The notes: generated by a model not told the origin, from the letters alone. Positions 22,144-60,983 are shown, numbered from the stretch's first letter. The stretch is DNA of 64,000 bases from Macrostomum lignano (GCA_002269645.1 NIVC01001894.1:186001-250000), one strand, 5' to 3'. A program made the numbers and translations.

Positions 22144-22812
22144 TTAGCTGTCGGGGGTCGGCAGGCCCTTGGTCTTCTCGCTGCACGGCTTTCTGCCCTC
22201 TCCGCGCTTCGGCTTGTAGAACTTGGCGCTGGCGCACAGCTCGGGCAGCTCGAAGTACTTGTCCTTGGGCTGGTGGAAGCCGAAGAAGAAGAGAATACCG
22301 CCGGAGCACTGGCCGTTCTTCCTGTACTTCTTCTTGATGAGGATCGGCACGCAGCGGTCATCGATGACGCCGCCCAGCTTGATGGAGAGGTCGCCCTTGG
22401 TCATGCGGCCGCAGTGCACGCTGATGGGCACCTTGCGGCTGGTGACGGTGGAGCGGGCCACCACGCGGTTGTTCGGCCACATCTTGGGGCACAGGGTGAG
22501 GAAGTACTTGGCGTGGCTCACGGGGATCTTCACGCACCGGGCGTTGGCGGCGCTGGTGCCCCAGGCGTAGTAGCCGACGCCGGCCTCGAAGTCGAACATG
22601 GTGTAGTGGTGTCCGGAGTAGTTCTGGGACTTCACCTTGAAGTAGGCGGCCACCTTCTTCTTCTCCTTGGAGCCGGCGATGCCTCCCAGCAGCTTGAGGT
22701 AGGTGCCGTTGTGGTAGCCGAGACCGGCCACTCCGATGGCTCCCTCTCTGGGCGGGTTCTCGCAGGCCAGGGCGGTGGCCACCAGGGCGGTGAGCAGCAG
22801 CAGCAGCTTCAT
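22144..22812 (-). CDS. Secreted, Cys-containing, Lys-rich protein, probably ependymin-related (EPDR-like), intronless, 222 aa
   Basis: Signal peptide MKLLLLLTALVATALA and strong GC3 coding bias. Cys/motif spacing CENPPREG, MFDFEAGVGY, CVK, LCP, RCVP and YFELPELC resembles ependymin-family C-x-x-P, Y/F-D-x-x-x-G, C-x-K, CIP and F-x-x-P-x-x-C patterns. CATAAAAA TATA-like box ~80 nt upstream. The CDS is solid; the family call is moderate. Confidence 0.65.
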   Translation of the reverse strand: MKLLLLLTALVATALACENPPREGAIGVAGLGYHNGTYLKLLGGIAGSKEKKKVAAYFKVKSQNYSGHHYTMFDFEAGVGYYAWGTSAANARCVKIPVSHAKYFLTLCPKMWPNNRVVARSTVTSRKVPISVHCGRMTKGDLSIKLGGVIDDRCVPILIKKKYRKNGQCSGGILFFFGFHQPKDKYFELPELCASAKFYKPKRGEGRKPCSEKTKGLPTPDS

Positions 22813-23539
22813 CTTGAGTCAGAGAGTCTGGATGTCCGGCAGTGAGAAATCGAGTGGACTTGATGGACTCTGGTCGCTGGCCAGGGGTGCTTTTTATGCA
22901 CCTGGACTGCTTGACCACCATGGCAACTCGGCGTTCAAACATTTGGCAACAGAATTTGTTGGCAACCAGCAGGTGCGCAAATTGATGCTCATGGCTGCTG
23001 CCGGTGTTTGCTCGGGGATCGATGGTCAGCTGACTTGAGCACCGCTTTTCTGCTTGCCGATTCCATAGCGCTCTGGACACGGCGCCAGAAAGTTTATGTT
23101 GGATTTTACATTGTGACAATCCGAGCCTTTGTTTGCTTGACTTTGCATGCAGCGTTTCAGCTGGCTCACCCGCGAATACTGCAGGTAAAATTGCTGAGAT
23201 TGCAGGAATTGATTTTTTCAGGTGAATTGAGAATTTTCTGAATTTTTTGGCAACAGGGGTCGCCGACAGCGAAAGGACGGCGATGGGCAAAGGTTTTGAG
23301 TTTTCGATTGGCATTGTCTCGCTTGGCATTGTCTGGATAGCCAGACAAATTGTTTGAAAATGAGACGTCAAGCTTATGCGAAAATCGTAATTATTTGTTA
23401 AATCCCATTATTGGACTGGCAAAAAGTGTAAAATCGTAGGAAATTTCCCATTCTTTTGTCAAAAAAGGAAATTGTGGGAACTGGCCGCTGATACGCTGTT
23501 TCCATTCTGGAGGCTTCACTTTGCATAGACAGACTAGAG

Positions 23540-24195
23540 ACAAATGAGTGACTGTGGCGCTCAAATGAGTGCCTGCAGTGCCAAAATGAGTGCCCGCAGT
23601 GCCAAAGTGAGTGACTGCAGTGTCAAAGTGAGTGCCAAAGTGCCAAAGTGAGTGACTGCAGTGTCAAAGTGAGTGCCAAAGTGCCAAAGTGAGTGACTGC
23701 AGTGTCAAAGTGAGTGCCAAAGTGCCAAAGTGAGTGACTGCAGTGTCAAAGTGAGTGACTGCAGTGTCAAAGTGAGTGCCCTGCAGTGCCAAAGTGAGTG
23801 ACTGCAGTGCCAAAGTGAGTGACTGCAGTGTCAAAGTGAGTGACTGCAGTGTCAAAGTGAGTGACTGCAGTGTCAAAGTGAGTGACTGCAGTGTCAAAGT
23901 GAACGCCTGCAGTGTCAAAGTGAGTGACTGCAGTGTCAAAGTGAGTGCCTGCAGTGTCAAAGTGAGTGACTGCAGTGTCAAAGCGAGTGACTGCAGTGTC
24001 AAAGTGAGTGCCTGCAGTGTCAAAGTGAGTGCCTGCAGTGTCAAAGCGAGTGACTGCAGTGTCAAAGCGAGTGACTGCAGTGTCAAAGCGAGTGACTGCA
24101 GTGTCAAAGTGAGTGACTGCAGTGTCAAAGCGAGTGACTGCAGTGTCAAAGCGAGTGACTGCAGTGTCAAAGTGAGTGACTGCAGTGTCAAAGTC
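23540..24195. repeat. 21-bp minisatellite (GTGAGTGACTGCAGTGTCAAA)
   Basis: Direct reading; abuts the Piwi fragment. Confidence 0.95.
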
Positions 24196-24632
24196 GAGTT
24201 GCAGTGGCGCAGGAACGAGACCATCTGTGGGTAAAGACAAATTGAGGATAACATCGACCATGGGCTGGACTTGGTGTTCTGCCTGCCGCCTGGCAACAAG
24301 AAGCAGTGTTTCGACGCCATCAAGTGCCCAGTCAGCGCGTCTTCACCAAGAACATCGGCAACCCGGCCAAGGTTGATGTCGGTTGCTACGAAGGTGGCCC
24401 TGCAGATCTCCTGCAAGCTGGGCGACGTTGCCTGGGCTGTGAGCATCCCGATGAAGCGCACCATGATCGTCGGGATGGACAGTTACATGTATCATGACAA
24501 GCGGCAGAGCGTCTCTAAGCAGGGCGTGGTGTTCTCGCTGAACGAGACCTTCACGACCAGTCCTACTCGAACTCACCCATCGTGACGGGAGGCAAAGCTG
24601 AGCTGCACAACAGGCTGGAGGTCGGCTTCACT
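24193..24632 (+). pseudogene. piwi: Piwi-clade Argonaute gene fragment (MID to start of PIWI domain), disabled
   Basis: Across frames: LDLVFCLPPGNKKQCFDAIK / VPSQRVFTKNIGNPAKV / MSVATKVALQISCKLGDVAWAVSIPMKRTMIVGMDSY(MY)HD...GVVFSLNETFT / SYSNSPIVTGGKAELHNRLEVGF. These match the Piwi signatures YDAIKK, PSQ, SVATKIAxQxNCKLG and MxVGxDxYHD. In-frame TAA at 24232-24234, at least 3 frameshifts, and no other Piwi exons in the window. Confidence 0.85.
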
Positions 24633-26109
24633 TCAAGACTCCATATATAATTGACTGCTATAATTAAAGCTATACATATACTTTGAATGACAAGCTGATC
24701 CTGACGCTCTTGAGGGCTGGCAGGCATGCATGTATCATAAGCCAAATCATGGGGTTCATCTTCTTCGCTTGTCGTCAACGGTTTTCTAAAAATAACCGCG
24801 AAGCCTCTCTACAGGTACCTTGGGACTTGGGTCCTTTGAAACTTCACAACAGCAATCCGGCCCGCTCCATGTTTGTGTCTCTTCTCGATTCTCAATTCTC
24901 TCATCTATTTCCTCTTATCTCTCCTCTCCCCAGCTCCTTTTCTCTCTCACCTGGCCTGCGGCCATAAGCTTGGATTCTCTTTAGGTTTGCCGACGCCTGG
25001 GACTCTAAATCATCATCCTGAACGCTTACCATATTTGGCACTTCTGCAGATGGGCCACTTAGGCATGGTGCAACAGTTTCTCTACTATCAGCTCAGTAGT
25101 AAGTAGGAATGACTAAGCTATTTTATGAAAAGAAAGGCAGTTGGAGTGACTCGCAGACACAAACAGCTGGCTATTTGGTGCAGCCGTAATGTACATTAGG
25201 CCAGCCAGAGCCTCTGAGAATGTACATGCCGGCTTTATGCAGCACTAGGAAGGGCAATAAAAATGGGGGCAGAGATTTCGTGAGGAAAGGCGCGGTTGGA
25301 GGGGTTCACGGGAGGGGGTTCAGAGGGCCAATAAATGAGTCTTGTCCTTAAAATACGTTAAAATGCTTCTATTTAAACTCACTACTGAGCTGAAAGTAGC
25401 CTACACGCACATGTGCTGAGTGGCCGAAAATGAAATGAATATTTAGCGCAACAACCAATGTCGATTGAATCAGTTTCATTTGAAATTCAACTTTCGGATT
25501 TTATTAATTTTGAATTCCGCATCAGTACAAAGCCAGCAGCTGATGCAGCAGACTAAGAAAACAGAGACTGTGAGGCAGGCGTTCTTCGTAAATTATTAGC
25601 CAAGCGTGGCGTCGGAGTTGAGACAAGAAGCATAGCGATAACAAAATAGAAAATTGCAAACTTGCTGCCATAAGTGATTTTCATTAATAGTCTTGAAGTA
25701 GCGTCGGAGAAGCTGCATTAAAAATCATCAATTTGTCGGTCATTAGGAATGAACTGTAAACGAAGCTGTGCGCAGTAATGGAATTTAGTTGGCGCGGGGA
25801 GGGGGTCGTAAATCACGCATGCTATGTACAATTGTACATACATGTACTGGAAAAGCCAATGAGGACTTGCACTGAATGCATCATACAGAAATAAAAATCT
25901 TCAATCCGGATTAGCAAATCAGCCAATATTGACATATACGGATCAATGAGAACTGTTTATGAAAATTTACAAGTAATGCAAATTGATCGGGCAACAGCGG
26001 AGCTGAACTTTGCATGAGGAGTTCATTCGCTTTACAAGAATTGGTTCGAGTGGAGTCGCACGAGGTGGGTGCGGGTTCTCTCACAGATTGACTCGTCACT
26101 TCACTTTTA

Positions 26110-26480
26110 ATTCGGCTTCCCCGCTTCACTTCTCCGCTTCTCCGCTCCTCCGCTCCCCCACTTCTCCGCTCCCCCACTTCTCCACTCTCCCGCTTCTCCA
26201 CTCTCCCGCTTCTCCGCTCCCCCACTTCTCCACTCTCCCGCTTCTCCGCTCCCCCACTTCTCCACTCTCCCGCTTCTCCGCTCCCCCACTTCTCCACTCT
26301 CCCGCTTCTCCGCTCCCCCACTTCTCCACTCTCCCGCTTCTCCGCTCCCCCACTTCTCCACTCTCCCGCTTCTCCGCTCCCCCACTTCTCCGCTACCCCA
26401 CTTCTCCGCTCCCCCACTTCTCCACTCTCCCGCTTCTCCGCTCCCCCGCTTCTCCGCTCCCCCACTTCTCCGCTCCCCCA
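26110..26480. repeat. CT-rich 16/32-bp minisatellite downstream of the plexin stop
   Basis: CTTCTCCGCTCCCCCA / CTTCTCCACTCTCCCG units. Confidence 0.9.
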
Positions 26481-26581
26481 CTGTGCACCGATGAGCAGGT
26501 TAAACATGAATTGAAGCGAACAGAAATTAGCTAAGAAAAGAGAGTCATCTGTTAGATGAGCTGCACAGAGCCGCAAGAATG

Positions 26582-51863
<25,282 letters not shown>

Positions 51864-54800
51864 TATGCAAGTCGCCGTGCGCTTGGTTGAGTCAGAGTCC
51901 GGCGACTGCCGGATGTGCAGTGAAAAACATTCGGTTTCAAAGTCTGCGGGTAGCGGGATCGGTGTGACGCAGCAGTGGGCTTCCGATGCACTATTATTCA
52001 GTTCAGATTGGCGTTGGGCAATTAGCTTAGCTACTATGCCATTATAAAACTGCATCAATCATATTTTATAATGGGCCAAAAACGCGACGCGCACGCAAGC
52101 AGGCACCCTGTTAGTATTAGTTGTTAAATCAAGTTTTATGAACAGAGTTTATAGCTAGCCAGCTGTGCGCCATCTGATTAGGGAATTTCTTCGTTAAAGA
52201 TTGTTGGACAACGCTAAATAGTTCTTTATCTCCTATCAAAGATTCTATAGGATAACTTGATTCTTGGACAGGCTTTATCAAGAATATGAGCCCATCATGC
52301 GCCCAACGAGCGACAAGAGAAATCCTGAAAAATCTTGTGCATAAGGCCAAGGACCAACAATAAATGTAAGGGAAGTGAACTCAGGATGACTCACGACTCT
52401 TGCTCATTGAGAAAAGCAGCTGAGCTGACCCTTTCGGCCTGGCTAGCTTCACATCGATCGATTATTTAACCCAAGTTAGCTTTTAATTTTCTTTTAAGAC
52501 TGACTATACAGACTGAATACAGCGACCAGCATTTGAACTTCTCTTTAGCCGAAAAAACACAATTCAAGACACGAGACACTTTATTATTCAAGACATTACA
52601 CACCGCAATTTGCTAAATAGTAAGGGGGCTTGCTTTCTCAGATTAAATATCTCTATAAACAGTTAAACCACACTTACCAGACTTGTTCCTTCCTTTTGAT
52701 TTTAGTTTCTACTAGATATTATCTTCTGGCTATAGAAGTATAGACTATAGTTGTGTTTAAGTTGCCTATCGGAAACGACAATTTCTCCGCTGAATGCAGT
52801 ACCAAAATATCAGTCTTGATGGGTAAGCGTGTCTTTCTTTTCAAGCTTTAAGCTGTGCTTGCTTGTGAAACTGAATTAAAATGCAATGAGCATTGAGCAA
52901 TGTGTGGGCGGGAAATACAGCAAAGAACAAAAAGAAGCACTTCGTTTCGTCTCCTAAGCTCGGGGTTTTTAACCAATGAATTGAGGGGACCTCCAAAGCT
53001 CCAGAATTCGGGCCATATGCTCCTCTAGTTTACGCCCTTTCCTTTCCATTTCAATTCACCCCTTTCTAAAAGCTTCTATCTATGACTCCACTCGGGTGGA
53101 CGGCTGCGATGAACGCGGCCTCGTGTGTACATTTGCAATGTACATCTATTTGCAAAGTGCGGGGTGGGTGCAGCGGGGGGCAGTTAGGGCAATAAAAACT
53201 AGAAAAGAGTTTGGTTTGTTCAGTCAGTCTGCGACTGTTAATGTTAAGCTTAATCTTCGACAAATGCAAATGTCGTTTTTTAAATCACGTGACTGAATTT
53301 CAGCAGCAGGCCAATACCAATACTAATAAACCTCCTGATGCAATAATAATCTTTAGTAAACCTCCCTAGTTTAGGCTGTTTAAGAAAAATACAAATCGTT
53401 AACTTAACTGGGCTGATCGGAACAAGTGAACAACAGAGGGTCCACTCCAGTTAGAGTATAATTGTTTAAAATTTAAACTACTACATTCTCATGCTACTGC
53501 AGTAATGCTCATACTATATATTTTGAAAAACAGTAAAAAACTAGGTCAAAAACCGGACTTTTCCAATCCCGAAAAAATCGCTAAAATCGGGATCCCGAAG
53601 GTTAATATTGGGATATCCCAGACATAGATGCCAAATGCCGGGATTGACTTCCCCTAGTGTAGTGCTGGATTGATTTTATTAAAATAATTGTGTCAACAGT
53701 AGTATGCAGGACTGCATGTAGCACAAAGGCCCGTCCCGTCCGTCCTAAGCTTTTGTTCTCATCTCTCATCTCTGAAAAGCTCATAATTTTTTTTGTCTTT
53801 GTATACTTACTTTACATACTGAGCATTAGAAAAAAGAACTCAATCGGCCGTGTTTCATTTTCTCAGCGCGCACGCACGCAGTGACGAGCTCGGAGTTCTA
53901 ACAAAGACGATATGAGTACGAATTCTTAAACAATTCTCGGCCCTCAGTCTAGTGCTTTAGTGTCACCTTCCAGTGAATGAAACGTACAGAATTTAACCTT
54001 TTATTCCTGCTCCGGCTTGCCCATAATTTAAATTCCATGTTGCGATGCATCGTTCACTTAACTTGGTGCTTACTGAGTCATTCTGATGCCAAATATTAAT
54101 TCTTATATAGCCGAGTCATACAAAAGAACAGTCAGGCTTGTTATAGTATGATACTTTTATTGTTATGGTTATAGTCAGAGATTAGCGATTCAAATTCGTG
54201 ACACTCTGTCAGTGGTGAATGTTGATTGACTGAAAATCTATTAGTTGAATTTAAGCCTGTTAGCCTGACACTACACAACATTGCAGTTCAGTAGATAATT
54301 CTGTATAGTATAAAAACTAAGGACTTCATTATTAAACTTACCTTAGCAATCGATTTTAGCAGAGCTGTAGGAGTTATCGGCTTTGCTTCAATATAGTAGG
54401 TAAATATAAATATAAATATACGCTGATATAAGGTTACCAATTTACAACACTTTGAGGGCTTTTTAGGCCGTCGGAATACTTTAAATCTTATATTGTATGG
54501 TTTCCAAGAGCTTACCGAAGTGAAGTATGCAAGCTATGGGGATTAGGGGACGAGAGGAGAGAATGGGTCAAAGCGCCGCGTCGGTGGGTCGGCTTGCGTC
54601 AGCTGTATAGACAGTGGAATCCTTTGCCGGGGGTGAAGGCAGGGATTGGGAGAACTATGCTTAGTTTGGAGGTAAGGGAGGACTATAGCAGTTGCGGATT
54701 GTAAAGTTTCGGCAAGGAGGAGGGCTGTTGTAAGGGATTTCAAAAATGAATGAGGAGCTTGCGCTGTGCGCTGGTGCTGCCTAGGTCTTCTTCCTTCCTT

Positions 54801-55609
54801 CTCCCCTCCAAAGCCCCAGTTAAACTTTCTATATATAAAGCCCTTGCGTGGTCCTCCTCGCGCTTCCCCAGCCAATTGGGTGTGAGCAGTTTGCGGACAG
54901 GCTGAGGCTGTGCATGGAGTGGCTGCAGGGGGAGCCCTCATAACATGGTGAAATGAGTCGTCCACACAATATCCAGATGCTCATGGCTGGCCATTGAATC
55001 AGAGCGTGTTCTGCATCCCATTATTTGCTGATACTAAAATAGCCTTCCCAGCTACAGTGGCAACTCCGTCCACCTGTGTACACGATGAGGTGGATTGTAA
55101 AATGCTAATAAGATAATCCATAGCTGATGATGGAGATTGGGGAACTGGAAGTTTTCCCTTGAATCGCTTGTTCCGTATCGATCGATTCAAAAGCAGTCTT
55201 CAGTCTCACAAGAAAGATCTTAGTGGATATTGAAAGAATTCATTCAGGTCAAATCTTTTGAACTATCTTGCCCATCCGGATTTGCTAGCGCATTTAATCA
55301 AAACGAGTTTAATTGAAAAAAAGAATTTACATTCACAATTTAATTTGAAACTTGGTGCTTGAGCGTGACAAGTCTCAGTATTGGCATTGGGCAAAACAAC
55401 AGCTGCAGTTCACAAAGGCCAAAGTTTACAGCAAAATCGATAATCCAATCTTATCCATCCAGCTGTTTTCTTTCTCCAAACAGACTCGACTCGCTCCACA
55501 GCGCTCCATAAATGCACAGCTCCTCTACGAGCGTACATGTATTATGACTCTCATACACATCATCTGTGAATACCCTTTCAACAATGGTACCCACCAGTTA
55601 AACAACACC

Positions 55610-56512
55610 GGCGTGTTTGACATCAGTTCCCACTAGTTTGACATCAGTTCCCACGTGTTTGACATCAGTTCCCACTTGTTTGACGTCAGTACCCACTATA
55701 GTTTGACATCAGTTGTTAGACATCAGTTCCCACTAGTTTGACATCAGTTCCCACGTGTTTGACATCAGTTCCCACGTGTTTGACGTCAGTACCCACTATA
55801 GTTTGACATCAGTTCCCACGTGTTTGACGTCAGTTCCCACTTGTTAGACATCAGTTCCCACTAGTTTGACATCAGTTCCCACTAGTTTGACATCAGTTCC
55901 CACTAGTTTGACATCAGTTCCCACTAGTTTGACATCAGTTCCCACTAGTTTGACATCAGTTCCCACTTGTTAGACATCAGTTCCCACTAGTTTGACGTCA
56001 GTTCCCACTAGTTTGACATCAGTTCCCACTTTTTAGACATCAGTTCCCACTAGTTTGACATCAGTTCCCACTAGTTTGACATCAGTTCCCACTAGTTTGA
56101 CATCAGTTCCCACTAGTTTGACATCAGTTCCCACTAGTTTGACATCAGTTCCCACTAGTTTGACATCAGTTCCCACTAGTTTGACATCAGTTCCCACTTG
56201 TTAGACATCAGTTCCCACTAGTTTGACATCAGTTCCCACTAGTTTGACATCAGTTCCCACTTTTTAGACATCAGTTCCCACTAGTTTGACATCAGTTCCC
56301 ACTAGTTTGACATCAGTTCCCACTAGTTTGACATCAGTTCCCACTAGTTTGACATCAGTTCCCACTAGTTTGACATCAGTTCCCACTAGTTTGACATCAG
56401 TTCCCACTAGTTTGACATCAGTTCCCACTAGTTTGACATCAGTTCCCACTAGTTTGACATCAGTTCCCACTTGTTAGACATCAGTTCCCACTAGTTTGAC
56501 ATCAGTTCCCAC
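55610..56512. repeat. 21-bp minisatellite (GACATCAGTTCCCACTAGTTT)
   Basis: Direct reading. Confidence 0.97.
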
Positions 56513-59500
56513 CTGTAAAGGCAACAGTTTCAAGACATGTAAATATACAGGTTAAATAAAATAAAATTGTTAGAAGTAGGTATAAATAAGCGCAAACCTG
56601 TTAGACATAGTGCTCCCTGTTAGACAAGCAATGGGTGCTCATCAACTGGTTTTATAGACGTGCAGATCTTATTGCACAATATATGGATTCATAAATTTAT
56701 TACTGAAATACGAAATTATTAGTAAAAAATAACCCTTATAATTATCAGTTAAACGGGCATTCAGCAAGTAAATTAACAAAGCACACGGTTATATAGATTC
56801 GCACACATTCACTATTATGAATAATTCCTGATGATAAATGCAAGGCAAGGCTGGAAGCTTTTATAAAATGCCTGCAGACGAAGCGCAGACGGACACCGCT
56901 GCCGTCAGCTGGCAAATAAATGCATCGCTAGCTGCTGCACCCTCTTTCACTAAGAGTATCTACGCACCGAGCTTTGCATCCCTCTTCCATCGAGGGCAAA
57001 AAACGCGAGAGAGGAAAAAATGGGAGAGTGAACCAACAAGAGGAAGGATGTGACCCAACAGATTGCAATGCAAGGGTCGCTACGAAACTCTTCTTCACCC
57101 ATACAAAGCTCTCTGCATGCATCCTTCACGACTGTTTAGTCTATTTGCATTGGATATAGCTATGGCTGAATCGGAACATTATAAATTCTCGTAATAGTAC
57201 GCTTGAAAAATGTATGCATTTTTTGCATGGTATTCGATAATCTTCTGACACGACCCAGCAGCGCGCTGCAGCCCCGCATACTGTCCCTCGATCCTTCATT
57301 ATATACATAAATAGCCTTACAGGATAAGAGGCGCTTCTTCGACCCGTCGTACACAGTCCTGCGTCTGCCTATTACCCGGTAGCTGCTGTATGGCTGGGAT
57401 GACGGTATACGGCCGCATATTCGAGCAACCGCAGGCCGATCCTGCATGAATAGTTGAAGGATCCCTGATGAGGAAGAATTACCACTACACAGAGAAATTA
57501 GGAGTACTTCGTAATTATCTACTGCAAACAGATCTTTCATCTGCAGCATAATTTGCCTCTAATCTGCCAATTGAATCTGCATAATAAAAACACGATGAAA
57601 AATCGTGCGTGCGTACACATTACATGTACATGGTAGTTGTAAATTCTCTCCGCTTATTTTGACCCCAACAACAGGGGTCAGACTTTAAGGACACTGAGCT
57701 GCAGTCTGCAGCAGCATCCTCTCGATTTTTTGTAAAAATGGCACCACCAAGCCGATCACCGCATTCCATACTGCAACTCTGTATATTGGGCGCATTATTG
57801 AATACATGTATTTAGTATAATGTTAAGTGCAGCGTTGGGCAAATTTCCGGCACTTCCGGCACTAATTAATAGTTACCTTTTTCAAAGTAACAACTTGCCC
57901 ACACTGGTTAAGTGCGAGCTAGCACTATTTGCTTCAAAGAGCAAAATCTGTTACTCTACAGGTCATTTTGGTTTATCTAATCGCGTAGGATGCTTTATAC
58001 AGTGAATACATGTATGCTTAGCATGCTACTAAACGATTTTCTAATCGTGTCGAATTTTGCAACAACTTCTGTATGCTGTATAGAATATACCAGACAAAGA
58101 TACTGTGGATATACAGTATATATTTAATAATTCATGAATAAAAGCTGGAAGAAAAATATAAGCTGCCAATTAACAGCAAAGAAGAACAAGAAGATTATGC
58201 GTTAATATTGATAAGCTGATTTGAAGAAAGAATTAAAGAAAAGAAAGATGGAAAAAAGCCAGAGTGGGAAAGATCGTAAATTAAGCTTGGAAGAAAAATT
58301 CTAATTTTGATAAGCCGATCGAGAGACAGAGGCACCTGCATATATTTTAGAATCTTATGTAGTTTGAGAGCTTCTTGCATGGGCTGCGTTTAATAAAACA
58401 AGAGAAAGGGATAAATAAAAACGCCGTAATATTTTCTGCCGATTGGGAAATAATAATTTTTCCTAATTGCTGGGCCGGTCTTACTAATCTAATTTTTTCC
58501 CAGGGAATACTGAAACAGTGAAACTGCAACACCGCCGACAGAAAGCAGCACTGGCACCACCGATGAGGAGCTAAGAAAGTGACCGAATATTGCTGCACGT
58601 TTCTTACATAACGTAATTTACGCCATGCCTTTCTTTCGCTGGCATTTTTAAATTTCTTGTTTAAATTATTTTTTATTCAAAGAATCGTCGTCGACTTAGT
58701 CTGCGTCGGCTGTCGGGCCGTCTGGCGTCTTACTCTTGGCTGGCTTGCGTTGATAGCGCTTGCCCTTGATCTTTCACTTAGGCCTTCACCTATCTCCTAT
58801 ATATCATGTATGGTGGTTAGATGCTCTTACATGCATAATCATGGACCCTACTGTGTCAAGCACAAGCAGACCAGACAGCAGCAATTACTAATGATTGTCC
58901 ATTGGGCTGGGTATTGGCATTGGGTTGCTAAAGTAAATTGCCAAAAACAATACTTTCACTATAATGAAAATTATATAACTAGAATATTTACTATATATAG
59001 GTAGGCATATTATATAATTGCATAAGGCATATTTTAAATTAAAAGTAGGTTAACAAGAATTTTGTTTTGTTATAACTTTCTTGACTGAAACAACTTGTAC
59101 TTGAGTTTTTAGCCTACCCAACACTTTTACACATATTCTATTACTAAAAATGGTTTGTATCTATTTATAGGGCCTATAGACTATCTATCTAACTTTTAGT
59201 TTCTAACTAGTAGGCCCTTAACTATATATCCTAATCCTATATACTAAAAATGAAAATCTTGCTTGCTTGTAATTTAGATAAGATATGGCTCAAGCTTAAC
59301 TAGTAGGCCTAATTTTCTTCAAAATTGCACCATTCAATTAATTAGAAACTTATCCATGATGGTACATGTTTCTTGGCTAAGAAATTGCACAATGCTAAGG
59401 GGTTCAAAATTAAAAAGTCTTTTTGAAAAGGTCAAATAGACTTTTTGACTTTAAAATGCATTGTAAAAAATGCTAAAAAACTAACTAGCTAAATTCTGAT

Positions 59501-59611
59501 TGCATCATACTAGGCTTCTATAGTCTATTTCATGCTTAAAGTTATGCCAGAGGAAAACTGATACAATTTTATCATTTACTTATACCAGACTTATGCCATG
59601 CTTATGTACCA

Positions 59612-60983
59612 GTCACCAATAACTTTGGCGATAGTTCACTTCGGTGACAGTCACTTTGGTGACAAGTCACTTTGGCAACAATAACAGCTAAAGAATGCAT
59701 TTATAATAATGTATTTTTTGCCAATGAAATTTCATGATTAAAAAAGCAACACAAATTTATATTTATGTATATTTAGGTATTTAGCTAGGTATATTTATTC
59801 TCCTACATGCGCAACTGCTGGCTGACCTGGCCGATCTGGCCACTGTAAATTGTGGTGGACTAGGGGTAAGTTGCAAAAATGCCCAGCCTAAAGAATACAG
59901 ATGTAGTATTAATTAGATGACGAGGCATTTAGCCCTTATTTATAAGACAGTCATAGTTACTCCTGCCATTTACCCAAAATTGCATTAGGGTTTCTTTCAC
60001 AAGTAAGTCACATTTTTGGTCAAAAAGTAAGTCGCATGGCTAGTGTAAATCAGGGGGGTTGTGCATGTATGTTTATTCTCAATTTAATAAGTAGAAGGTG
60101 GGGTTAACACAAGCTCTAGCGGGTTGTAAATATGCATGCATTACTATGTACTTGTACATTAACTGTACATTAACACAATGTATTTGCCACAAGAGATCTC
60201 AGTCTAAAAAAAAGCCACTTGAACTAACAACGACATTGAGGGCTTTCACAACCGCTTGAATAGTCGGGCTCAATGTGGTCAGCTCCAGTTCTACCTCCTG
60301 GTTAAGCTGCTATACGACAAGGGCCACATAGTCTCTATCAACTTGCAATTGGTGTCACAAGGTGCTCTGAGGTGGTTGCAGCAAAAGAAGTACGCCAGTG
60401 ACAGTCCAAATACTTCAAACTTTGGTTGGAGTATCAAGCTGGAGACTGATCAATTCAGTCACTTCTAGAGGCTTGCAGCAAGCTGAATGGACCGTAAACT
60501 GTCTATGGTGCACCTGCATATGCTTAACTTCTGTAATGCTAAGACTTCTTTGCATGCTACATGTAGCATCTTTGCTTTTAATGCTTTTAATGCATGTTTA
60601 TTTCTCTTTCTTTATTTCTGCAATGGAGTGACACAGTGTATGTGCCCATACATCCCAATATGCCAAATAAATTTATAACAATACTTACAGTACTATATAA
60701 TGCAAGTCAATTCATTTTGTACTTTATCATATTTATTGTAAGTTGGCGCCTCTCAATGTCTTTTAGACATGGCACCTCCCAATGTCTTTTAGACATGGCG
60801 GTTCATAACAAAATACTAAAAATTTGTGTTTCTTTTTTAATCCAGAAAAATCACACTTTTTAATTGTGAAGTTTCATTGGCAAAAAAGATGTCTTTTAGC
60901 TGTTAATTGTTGCCAAAGTGATCCAAATGTGTTGCCAAAATGACTGTTGCTGAAGTGACTTGTCACCAAAGTGATTGTAATTC
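59612..60983 (+). mobile_element. Non-autonomous Mutator-like (MULE) DNA transposon, 1372 bp, with a transposase C-terminal relic
   Basis: Perfect 9-bp TSD TATGTACCA (59603-59611 and 60984-60992), G...C termini, and imperfect TIRs built from GTCACTTTGG(T/C)(G/A)ACA sub-repeats. The internal relic 60223-60497 reads TNNDIEGFHNRLNSRAQCGQLQFYLLVKLL...QKKY / QSKYFKLWLEYQAGD*SIQSLLEACSKLNGP, the MULE RTNNxxEGWHNRLN pattern. Confidence 0.88.

Noticed and set aside
21991-23371. ORFs 21991-22845 (+) and 22358-23371 (-), and 20733-21314 (-)
   Set aside because: These are shadow frames of the GC3-biased ependymin-like and sHSP genes.
23664-24464. 266-aa LTLQS-repeat ORF and similar ORFs at 15797-16264, 25911-26585, 42408-43034, 44539-45328, 47995-48585 and 50377-51077
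   Set aside because: These are minisatellite or low-complexity translations with no protein-like composition.
51864-52058. Plexin start at the upstream ORF start (52058)
   Set aside because: The hydrophobic signal peptide follows the ATG at 51863; the upstream extension is not signal-like.
54543-55190. GC-rich island with 140-aa and 63-aa ORFs; VYTADAS resembles an RNase H motif
   Set aside because: No further RT, RNase H or integrase motifs; too weak to call.
57160-57549. Possible decayed L2/CR1 LINE 3' end (LRLLEYAAVYRHP in one minus-strand frame)
   Set aside because: Only one short motif resembles LEYA-x-x-x-W-x-P, with no RT core visible. BLASTX is needed.
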